Source: Planctomycetota bacterium (GTDB lineage Bacteria > Planctomycetota > UBA1135 > UBA2386). Taken from it: 64,000 nt of DNA. The notes under the pieces were generated by a model that saw nothing but the letters and a program-made list of their open reading frames with translations, ran no database searches and had not been told where the DNA came from. The stretch lies in assembly GCA_965228735.1 (NCBI GenBank), contig OZ245838.1, forward strand, positions 4,128,001-4,192,000, given 5' to 3'. Positions 19,477 through 27,329 of this stretch are shown piece by piece (the first letter of the stretch is position 1; every line of letters starts with the position of its first letter). The translations under genes and the position numbers were made by a program.

Positions 19477-20691
19477 GTGACGATCACGGCCGAGCCCCGC
19501 CCGCGGTGTTACCGCTGCATGCGGCCGCACGGCCACTGCATATGCGCGCTCGTGCCGCAGGTCGATACCCGGACGCGGGTCGTCATCATCCAGCACCCCG
19601 GCGAACGCGACCACCCGTTCGGCACCGCGAAGATCCTCGGCCTCGGCCTCCCGAACGCCGCGGTGCACACCGTGCACGGCGGCTTCAGCCGCTCGCTCGC
19701 GTGCCGCGATCTCGACGTGCCGGACGACGCGGTGCTGCTCTATCCGCACCCGGACGCGATCGAGCTCGAAGACCTCGCCGCGTCGACGAACACAGCGCCG
19801 TCGACGCTCGTCGTCCTCGACGGCACTTGGTCGCACGCGCGTCGGCTCTACCACGAGAACCCGTGGCTGCAGCAGCTGCGCCACGTCCGCATCACGCCGG
19901 CCGAACCCTCGCGCTACCGCATCCGCAAGGAGCCGCGACCGGAGTGCCTGTCCACGCTGGAAGCGACGGTCTGCGCGCTGCGCACGCTCGAGTCCGCGGC
20001 GACGCAACGAGGCCTCGACAAGCTCGTGGCCGCGTTCGACGGCATGATCGAGCATCAGATCGGTCACATGTCGAGCGCGCCCCGGCAGGTTCGCTTCCGC
20101 AAGCCCCGGCAGCGACAGCGGCGCGAGCTGTCACCGCTGCTCGAGGATCCGGGCTTCTGCGTCGTCTACGCCGAGTCGTCGCTGCCCGGCGGCGACCCGG
20201 GTGCCACGCGCGAGCTCGTGCAGGTCGCGTTCGCCGACCTCACGACGGGCCGTTCGCACGAACTGCTGCTGCGCCCGCGCACCGCGCCGCCGCCGCCGGG
20301 TCACCTGCGCCACATGGGGCTCACCGCCGATGAGCTGAACGGCGGCCTCACGCTCGATGAGGCCCGCGATCGGTTTCGCGCACTCGCCGGCCCCGGCCCG
20401 TTCGGTGCCTGGACGCAGACGATGCTCGACTGGACCGCAGAGCTCATGCCGGACGGCGCGGCCATGACCGTGCTCAAGACCAGCTACTGCAACTACCGCC
20501 ACCGCGGTTCGGGCTTCCTCGAAGAGGTGGTCGAACGCGAGCAGCTCGAGCCAGAGCCGACCCCGTGTCACGGTCGCGCCGCGAACCGGCTCAGCAACGC
20601 GCTCGCCGTCGGCCGCTGGCTGCGCGAGCTCCGGCGGGGCCAGGACGCGGACCTGAACGCGGAGACCAGGAACACGGAGAGCGGGCCATGA
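19477..20691 (+). CDS. DTW-domain tRNA-uridine aminocarboxypropyltransferase with an extra C-terminal domain
   Basis: RCYRC...CIC Zn knuckle, QHPGE, LLYP, LVVLDGTW, YRIRKEP, LSTLEA; about 200 extra C-terminal residues. Confidence 0.88.
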   Translation: MTITAEPRPRCYRCMRPHGHCICALVPQVDTRTRVVIIQHPGERDHPFGTAKILGLGLPNAAVHTVHGGFSRSLACRDLDVPDDAVLLYPHPDAIELEDLAASTNTAPSTLVVLDGTWSHARRLYHENPWLQQLRHVRITPAEPSRYRIRKEPRPECLSTLEATVCALRTLESAATQRGLDKLVAAFDGMIEHQIGHMSSAPRQVRFRKPRQRQRRELSPLLEDPGFCVVYAESSLPGGDPGATRELVQVAFADLTTGRSHELLLRPRTAPPPPGHLRHMGLTADELNGGLTLDEARDRFRALAGPGPFGAWTQTMLDWTAELMPDGAAMTVLKTSYCNYRHRGSGFLEEVVEREQLEPEPTPCHGRAANRLSNALAVGRWLRELRRGQDADLNAETRNTESGP

Positions 20692-21473
20692 TCCTGACCG
20701 TTCTCGGCTCCGGCACGGCGATCCCCGAACCCGACCGGTTCCCCGCGGGATACCACGTCGCGAGCGGCGACACCTCCGTGCTCGTCGACTGTGGGCCCGG
20801 GACGCTGCGGCGGCTCGCGCAGAGCGGGCACTCGGTGCGCGACCTCGATGCGGTGCTGCTCACGCACTACCACACCGACCACTGCGCCGACCTCGCGGCG
20901 CTGCTGTTCGCGCTGCGTTCGCCGCACTTTCACGGCCGACCACCGCTCGACGTCTACGGCGCGCCGGGTCTCCGGCGGCTCGTCGAACAACTGCAGGGCG
21001 CCTGGCCGTGGCTCGAACCCCGCGGCTTCGAGCTGCGACTGCACGAGATCGGGCCCGGCGACCACGACATCGCGGCCGGACGCACTGGCACGGGGTCCAC
21101 CGGCACTGGGCTCACCGTCACCGCGATCCCGATCCGGCACACGGCCCAGAGCCTCGGCTACCGCATCCGTGATGCGCACGGCCTCGCCGCGTTCTCCGGC
21201 GACGCGGACGAGTGCGAAGAGCTCGTCGATCTGGCCAGGGACGCGGACGTGTTCGTCTGCGACGCCGCGGCCCCCGACGACGTGAAGATGGACGGCCACC
21301 TGACGCCGGGCCTGGCGGCCGACTACGCCGCGCGCGGCGGCGCTCGCCGGCTCGTGCTGACGCATTTCTACCCCGAGTGCCACGGGCGCGACCTTCGAGC
21401 CATGGCCGCCAGACGTTACGATGGCGAAGTCGTGCTCGCCGAGGACCTCATGCAACTCGACGTCGGCCCATGA
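20688..21473 (+). CDS. MBL-fold metallo-hydrolase (RNase Z/BN-like)
   Basis: ILTVLGSGT, LVDCGPG, THYHTDH, FSGD, GHLTP, LVLTHFYP; ATGA overlap with the DTW gene. Confidence 0.9.
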   Translation: MILTVLGSGTAIPEPDRFPAGYHVASGDTSVLVDCGPGTLRRLAQSGHSVRDLDAVLLTHYHTDHCADLAALLFALRSPHFHGRPPLDVYGAPGLRRLVEQLQGAWPWLEPRGFELRLHEIGPGDHDIAAGRTGTGSTGTGLTVTAIPIRHTAQSLGYRIRDAHGLAAFSGDADECEELVDLARDADVFVCDAAAPDDVKMDGHLTPGLAADYAARGGARRLVLTHFYPECHGRDLRAMAARRYDGEVVLAEDLMQLDVGP

Positions 21474-21524
21474 CCGTGACGACCAGCATCCCGGGCCTGA
21501 CCTGATTCCTTCGAACCAAAGCTC

Positions 21525-22217
21525 GTGCTCAACACCCTGGCTATCGATGTCGGCGGCTCCGGCCTGAAGGCGGCGGTCCTCGACGGCAACGGTGACCTGC
21601 TGACGGAACGTCGCAAGGTCGAGACGCCGGTCGGCGCGCGCCCCGAGGAGTTCGTCGCGACGCTGCTGGAGATGATCCAGCCGTTCCCCGAGTTCGACCG
21701 CGTCGCCGTGGGGTTCCCGGGCGTCGTGCGCAACGGCTTCATCCGCACGGCCGCGAACCTCGGCAACGAGGCGTGGCTCGGCTTTCCGCTCGGCAAGGAG
21801 CTCGAGGACCGGCTCGGCAAGCCCGTGCGCGTGGCCAACGACGCCGACGTGCAGGGGCTCGCGGCGATCCAGGGCAAGGGCGTCGAGGTCGTGATCACGC
21901 TCGGCACCGGATTCGGTTCGGCGGTCTACGAGAACGGCCGGCTCGGCCCGCACCTCGAGCTCGCGCACCATCCATTCCGCAAGGGTGAGACCTACGAGCA
22001 ACAGCTCGGCAACGAGACGCGACGCGCGATCGGGCAGAGCAAGTGGGAGAAGCGCGTGCACCGCGCGATCGAGTGCCTGCGCGCGCTCACCTTCTTCGAT
22101 CACCTCTACATCGGCGGCGGCAACGGCAAGCGACTCGTCGAGCAGCTGCCGCCCGACGTGACGATCGTCGACAACATCGCCGGCATCCGCGGCGGGATGC
22201 ATCTGTTCGAGGACTGA
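21525..22217 (+). CDS. ROK-family kinase, polyphosphate glucokinase-like
   Basis: AIDVGGSGLKAA, VGFPGVV, VANDADVQG, ITLGTGFGSA, LELAH, LYIGGGN. Confidence 0.9.
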   Translation: MLNTLAIDVGGSGLKAAVLDGNGDLLTERRKVETPVGARPEEFVATLLEMIQPFPEFDRVAVGFPGVVRNGFIRTAANLGNEAWLGFPLGKELEDRLGKPVRVANDADVQGLAAIQGKGVEVVITLGTGFGSAVYENGRLGPHLELAHHPFRKGETYEQQLGNETRRAIGQSKWEKRVHRAIECLRALTFFDHLYIGGGNGKRLVEQLPPDVTIVDNIAGIRGGMHLFED

Positions 22218-22229
22218 CCGCGGTGCGCG

Positions 22230-23357
22230 TCAGCGCAGCAGCTGTTCGTCCTGCAAGAACGCGAAGATCCGGTCGGCGAACAGGCGATGCCCGACATCGT
22301 TCGGGTGCTGGTCCGTGACGTGCGCCCAGAGGTCCATCTCGTCGTCACGACCGACGAAGTCGACGCTCGTGTCCACGCAGTGGATGCCGGCATCCTGGCA
22401 GAACTCCTGCACCATCCGGATCAGCCCGGCATACGGATACGGCTCCGCGTCGAGGTCGCTGAGCATCGGAAAGACGGCGACGACGAGCTCGATGCCCTCG
22501 CCGTCACACGTCGACTTCAGGTCGCGCAACGCGCCCTGCACCGCGTTCCAGACACCCGGCGCCTCACGCACCACGGCCGCGAAGTCGGTCCTCTGCCGCC
22601 GCGCTTCGCGCATGGCGGCGGACCAGCGCACGTAGCGCACGATGGCACTGAAGCTCTCGAACTCCTCGTCGTCGAACTTCGGCGGGACGTAGCTCAACAT
22701 CGGCACCGCGTTGGTATGCGGCTCCATGTCGTTGAGGCACAAGCCGACGATCACGAGGTCGGGATCGAGCAGCACCCCGTCCGTCTTCATCCACGCGTCG
22801 TAGCCCGTCGGGTTGTACGTGCCGCACGCGAAGCCGCAGTTGACGACCTGGGCCGGGCCGCGTTCCTTCAGCGCGAGTTCGAGCACGTGCGGCCAGGCGA
22901 GCTCGGCCGGCACCCCGCTGCCCCAGGTGAACGAGTCGCCGAGCGCCAGCACGCGGTACTCGCCCGCCGGCTTCGTGACCGGAAACTCCTCGTCGCGGAA
23001 CCCGCGCGAGCTGTGCCGCACGTCGATGCACCCGTCCGCGTCGAAGTAGTCCCAGCGCGGCCGGTCGTAGCCCTGCTTGACGTTCAGCGACGGGGTCAGG
23101 CGGCCGTAGGGGTGCTCGAGATCGCCGCCGCCCATGTAGCCACCCGCGCCGAGGAAATTGGCGATCTCGGACACCGGAATCTCGACGCCCGTCGGCGTGT
23201 AGAACTTGCCCGCGCCCGTGCCGCCCGGATCGGGCCCGAACCAGCGGAACACCATCTCGGCCGCGACGAGGGCCAGGACGATGGCGCCGACGAGCAGCGC
23301 AAGGCGCGGCAGCAGTCGGGAGTTGGGACGGGTATCTCGCTCGGAGCCGGGGGCCAT
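22230..23357 (-). CDS. Membrane-anchored SGNH/GDSL hydrolase
   Basis: N-terminal TM; LALGDSFTWG (block I), LCLND (block III), DQHPNDVGH (block V). Confidence 0.88.
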   Translation of the reverse strand: MAPGSERDTRPNSRLLPRLALLVGAIVLALVAAEMVFRWFGPDPGGTGAGKFYTPTGVEIPVSEIANFLGAGGYMGGGDLEHPYGRLTPSLNVKQGYDRPRWDYFDADGCIDVRHSSRGFRDEEFPVTKPAGEYRVLALGDSFTWGSGVPAELAWPHVLELALKERGPAQVVNCGFACGTYNPTGYDAWMKTDGVLLDPDLVIVGLCLNDMEPHTNAVPMLSYVPPKFDDEEFESFSAIVRYVRWSAAMREARRQRTDFAAVVREAPGVWNAVQGALRDLKSTCDGEGIELVVAVFPMLSDLDAEPYPYAGLIRMVQEFCQDAGIHCVDTSVDFVGRDDEMDLWAHVTDQHPNDVGHRLFADRIFAFLQDEQLLR

Positions 23358-23411
23358 CGGGGCGCGGATGATACCGGTTGAGCGGTCGCCGGACAGTGGC
23401 ATGATCGCCGC

Positions 23412-24275
23412 ATGACCCGCCGCGCGCTCCTCTGCACCGCCCTCCTGCTCGCGGGCTGCGGCGACGACGAGCCCGTGACGCCGGCGCGCCGGGAGCCGCA
23501 GCCGATGACGGACGCGGCGCGGGCGCGGCTCGCGCGGTTCGCGGATCCATCGACCTGGGCAGCGGTCGCGGGTCAGGACGGGATGGTGCGTGACCCGCGC
23601 ACGGGGATCACGTTCGTTCGGGTCCCGGCCGGCACGTTCACCATGGGCGGCGGGGTGCAGCCGCAGGAACAGCCGCAGCACGAGGTCGAGATCACGCGCG
23701 ATTATCTGCTGGCGCAGACCGAGCTCACCGTCGGGCAATGGCAGCGCTACGTGGACGAGTACGCGGGCGATCCGAACGTCGAACTGCCGCAAGGCGGCGA
23801 TCAGGATCCGACGCTGCCGATGACGCTGAACCTCCTCGACGCGCGGCACTTCGCCAAGACGTTCGCCTACCGTCTGCCGACCGAGGCCGAGTGGGAACGC
23901 GCCTGCACCGGCGGCCAATCGCGGGAAGCCGAGCCGTGGTCGTCCGAGGCCGGCATGCGCGAGCACGCGTGGTTCCACCGCAACGCCGACTACCGCGCGC
24001 ACCCGGTCGCTCAGAAGGCCGCCAACGCGTACGGGCTGCATGACATGCTCGGCAACCTGTGGGAGTGGTGCGCCGATCACTACGACCCGAAGGCGTACGA
24101 GGGGCGCGAACCGAGAGCGACGGATCCGACGACCGCGACCGGAGGCCCGCATCACGTCATCCGCGGCGGCTCCTGGTTCTCCGTCCCCCCGGCAACCCCC
24201 CGCACCCGCCTGGCCGAACTCGCGAACAAGCGCAGCGCGTTCTACGGCGTTCGCTTCGCAGTCACGCCGAACTGA
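23412..24275 (+). CDS. FGE-sulfatase (SUMF1/EgtB/PvdO) domain lipoprotein
   Basis: Lipobox LLAGC; FTMG, RLPTEAEWE, NAYGLHDMLGNLWEWC, RGGSW. Confidence 0.9.
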   Translation: MTRRALLCTALLLAGCGDDEPVTPARREPQPMTDAARARLARFADPSTWAAVAGQDGMVRDPRTGITFVRVPAGTFTMGGGVQPQEQPQHEVEITRDYLLAQTELTVGQWQRYVDEYAGDPNVELPQGGDQDPTLPMTLNLLDARHFAKTFAYRLPTEAEWERACTGGQSREAEPWSSEAGMREHAWFHRNADYRAHPVAQKAANAYGLHDMLGNLWEWCADHYDPKAYEGREPRATDPTTATGGPHHVIRGGSWFSVPPATPRTRLAELANKRSAFYGVRFAVTPN

Positions 24276-24284
24276 CAAGGATGG

Positions 24285-24386
24285 CCGTACGGTACCTGGT
24301 TCATCCTGCCGGAATCACACTCGCGCGCTCGCACAGCGGCCTCAGCCACTCCGCGATTCCAGCAGTTTGAACCAGGTACCGTACGG
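24285..24386. repeat. REPIN/MITE-like element with perfect 19-bp terminal inverted repeats
   Basis: CCGTACGGTACCTGGTTCA (24285-24303) / TGAACCAGGTACCGTACGG (24368-24386); the stem extends inward (CTGCCGGAATC / GATTCCAGCAG). Confidence 0.9.
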
Positions 24387-24410
24387 GTGGGTTGAAGTGA
24401 CAACGTGTTG

Positions 24411-26420
24411 TCACTCGCTCACGCGGGCTCCGAGCACTGCGAAGATCGGCAGGGTGTAGATGTTGGTCGCGATGCCCGGTTCCTCGGTCGCGAGCATCAC
24501 GTCGAGCGCGTCGAAGTTCGCTGCGGCCTCGGGGACGTCGAAGCCGACCCAGCGGCTGCCGCCCTGGAACGGGTTTTGGAACGCGAAGGGGACGGTGCCG
24601 ACGACTTCGTCGCGCAGACGGAAGCGCAGTTCGCCGTGGCCGATGCCGTCGAGCAGCAGCAGGACGCGCCGCGCTGGCGGTGAGGCGGAGCCCATGTCAC
24701 GACGGAGGCGCAGGCCGCCTTCGCGCACGACGACGCAGTTGGCATCGAACCATGGCGTGCCGGGAGTCGTGTCGCGCGGGAACGCGGCCATCGGTTGCTG
24801 CACGAGCGGTGCCGGCAGATAGTCGTTGGCGACGTAGTCGGCGAGCAGGGCATCGAACTCGCCGGTCCACAGCCCAAAGATCGAGCGCCAGCGTTCCGCG
24901 GCGAACAGCGGGTCGCGCAGCGCGCGTTCGAGGTGACTCCAGTACTCCGCGAGTCCGGGGTCGACGATGCGATTCTCGCCGCTCGCGAGCGTCTCGAAGT
25001 AGCCCTCGGGGATCCGGCGTTTGAAGTGACCGATGCGCCAGTCCGTCGGGTCCTCGAGCGGCAGCCGCATGAGCAGCGGGTCGCAGAGGAACGGCTCGAC
25101 GACGTGCACGTTCGGCCCGCCGAGGAACCCGGCGACCCCGGCCGTCGGAAAGAACGCGACTGCGGGCCGGCGCCGATCGGCGAACGTGATGCCGAACGCG
25201 CCGTGGACCGGAACGTCACGCGCCGGGCTCCACCAGGCCCACTTCGCGGCGTAGTAGTCGCGTTCGCGACCGATGCCGTGCGCGATCGCGGCGTTGCCGT
25301 CGAGCGGCACCGGGCGCGCCCACGGCGGCAGGCCGTCTACGAAGCTCGCGCCGATCAACACCGCGCCCGCGACCCACGCGGCGAGACCACGGAACGACCG
25401 CGCACTCGCGAGCAGCGCCACGACGAACGCCGCCGTGAAGAAGCGACCCGACATGAAGTCGCCGCCGACGTTCACGACGTAGGCCACCTGCAGCAGCACC
25501 CCGAGCGCGAGCGGCGTGCGGGTCCGCGACGGCCGCACGATTCCGACGACGACCGCGGTCGCGAGCACGAGCGCGGTCACGGGATCGCGCTCGACGAGAT
25601 CGAGCAGATAGCGCAGTCCCTGCGCGATCAGGTCCGCGCGCGCAACGTCCGCGGCAACGACCTTGCCGAACGCGGGCGTCGGCAGCAGCGTCCCGAAGTA
25701 GACGACGGCGAACGCGCACCACAGCGAGAACACCAGAACGCCGGGCCACACCGCCCGCAGGATCGCGCCCGGCCGCAGACCGAACATCGCGTAGACGACG
25801 CTCGGCAGCAGCAGCAGTCCGACGTCCTGGCGCGCGAGTCCGAGCAGCGCGGCCACGAGCACGAGCCAGCGCAGACGCGAGGCTCCCTCGCGGCAGATCC
25901 ACTCGCGCAGGTACCAGCCGAGCAGCGCGTAGACCAACGGGTTCTCGAGGCCGCCGGTGCCGAACTCGACGAACGCGCGCGACCCGAGCGCCGCGGCAAG
26001 GACGACGCCGAACGCGGCCGCGATGCTCCCCGCGTGCCGCGCGAGAAAATACGTCGCGATCGTCGCGAGCCCGACGCCGACCCCCATCGTCGTGAAGAAC
26101 GGCTCACCGGTGATCAGCCGGACTCCCGTCAGCAGCAGGATCCAGAGCGGATGCGTCGCGGTGAGCGTGCGGTCGAGGACGTTCCAGCGGAAGCCTTCGC
26201 CGGCCGCGAGGTTCTCGACGTTGCGCAACGTGACGAGCGCGTCGTCGCAGATCCATGCCGTGACCAGCACGGCGCCCCCGACGCCGAGCGCGAGCAGCGC
26301 GGCGAGCCACCAGGGCACGGCGACCGCCGGCCGCCGGCTCGCCTGCGCGGCTGCGCTCCCTGCCGCGCGGAAAGCCGCGGTGTGATCCGCGACGGGCGGT
26401 CCGGGTCCCGGCGCGGTCAT
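24411..26420 (-). CDS. GT-C fold polytopic glycosyltransferase (AftB-like)
   Basis: WICDDA acidic motif after the first TM, FRWN...THPLW, GLENPL, YFGTLLP, GGDFMSGRF, RIGHFKR; C-terminal soluble domain. Confidence 0.8.
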   Translation of the reverse strand: MTAPGPGPPVADHTAAFRAAGSAAAQASRRPAVAVPWWLAALLALGVGGAVLVTAWICDDALVTLRNVENLAAGEGFRWNVLDRTLTATHPLWILLLTGVRLITGEPFFTTMGVGVGLATIATYFLARHAGSIAAAFGVVLAAALGSRAFVEFGTGGLENPLVYALLGWYLREWICREGASRLRWLVLVAALLGLARQDVGLLLLPSVVYAMFGLRPGAILRAVWPGVLVFSLWCAFAVVYFGTLLPTPAFGKVVAADVARADLIAQGLRYLLDLVERDPVTALVLATAVVVGIVRPSRTRTPLALGVLLQVAYVVNVGGDFMSGRFFTAAFVVALLASARSFRGLAAWVAGAVLIGASFVDGLPPWARPVPLDGNAAIAHGIGRERDYYAAKWAWWSPARDVPVHGAFGITFADRRRPAVAFFPTAGVAGFLGGPNVHVVEPFLCDPLLMRLPLEDPTDWRIGHFKRRIPEGYFETLASGENRIVDPGLAEYWSHLERALRDPLFAAERWRSIFGLWTGEFDALLADYVANDYLPAPLVQQPMAAFPRDTTPGTPWFDANCVVVREGGLRLRRDMGSASPPARRVLLLLDGIGHGELRFRLRDEVVGTVPFAFQNPFQGGSRWVGFDVPEAAANFDALDVMLATEEPGIATNIYTLPIFAVLGARVSE

Positions 26421-26451
26421 GTTCGGTCCTCGGTGAACGACCCGGCGCGCG

Positions 26452-27159
26452 TCAGTCGCGCGACATCAGCAGGATCAGGATGTGCTTGAACAGCAGCACC
26501 ACGTCCGTGAAGAGCATGATCGCGCCCGACATCGGCATGCTCGTCGGCAGCCGGTGCAGGATCTCGCTCGTGTGGTAGAGGATGTAGCCCGAGTACAGCA
26601 GGACGATCGCACCGGAGATCCAGATGCCGAGCGAGAACCCGAAGATGGCCCCCGCGATGATCGTCCCGAGGATCGTGAGGAAGCCAACGAACAGCAGGCC
26701 GCGGAGCCACTGGAAGTCCTTCCCCGTGATGAACACGAACACGGTGAGGGCGCCGAATACGACGGCCGTCAGGAGGCTCGCGGTGGCCACGGTGCCGGCC
26801 GGGGCCGTGATCGTCAGCGGCGCAACCAGCAGACCCAGCAGGAACGCCCAGCTGGCATACGCAACGACGTTGATCGGCTTCTTCTCGGCGAGCGCCTGGA
26901 CGGCGAACGAGCCACCCAGGAACAGGCCCATGTAGATGGCCCAGCCCACCAACCCGTTGCCTGCGATCAGCTCCCAGAGGCTCACCATCAACCGGGTCAC
27001 CGGCGGCACGTTGCCCGCGGCCCACAAGGTCGCCGCGAACCCGAGGATACCGAGGAACAGGTAGCTGTAGACCCGCTTGAGGAACGTGGCGCGCTCACTG
27101 GCCGCCGCGAAGGCAGCCGGGGTCAACGCGGCGGAGGCGTAGGGATTGTGGTCTTCCAT
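26452..27159 (-). CDS. Bax inhibitor-1/YccA family membrane protein
   Basis: ERATFLKRVYSYL, GKDFQWL, YILYHTSEI, AIMLFTDVVLLF; about 7 TM. Confidence 0.9.
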   Translation of the reverse strand: MEDHNPYASAALTPAAFAAASERATFLKRVYSYLFLGILGFAATLWAAGNVPPVTRLMVSLWELIAGNGLVGWAIYMGLFLGGSFAVQALAEKKPINVVAYASWAFLLGLLVAPLTITAPAGTVATASLLTAVVFGALTVFVFITGKDFQWLRGLLFVGFLTILGTIIAGAIFGFSLGIWISGAIVLLYSGYILYHTSEILHRLPTSMPMSGAIMLFTDVVLLFKHILILLMSRD

Positions 27160-27329
27160 GGTCGATTTGGTCCGGCGCGAGTTCGGCGCCCGGCGCTGGA
27201 GTGTAGGCCATCGGAGACCGGGCCGCCAACCGCGGAGGCGCCGCCGGAGCCGGATCCCCCTTGAACATCGGCCGTCAGGTCGCAATCCTGTTTGCCCGAA
27301 TTTCGACTGTCACCCACCGACACGCCCAG

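Noticed and set aside
23412..24275. True formylglycine-generating enzyme for the sulfatase
   Set aside because: Lacks the catalytic Cys pair after RGGSW (reads RGGSWFSVPPATPR); only the FGE-like fold is supported
27255..27295. CTTGAA upstream of htpG as a sigma32 -35 element, or a CIRCE operator
   Set aside because: No CCCCAT-like -10 at the right spacing and no TTAGCACTC-N9-GAGTGCTAA; too weak to call
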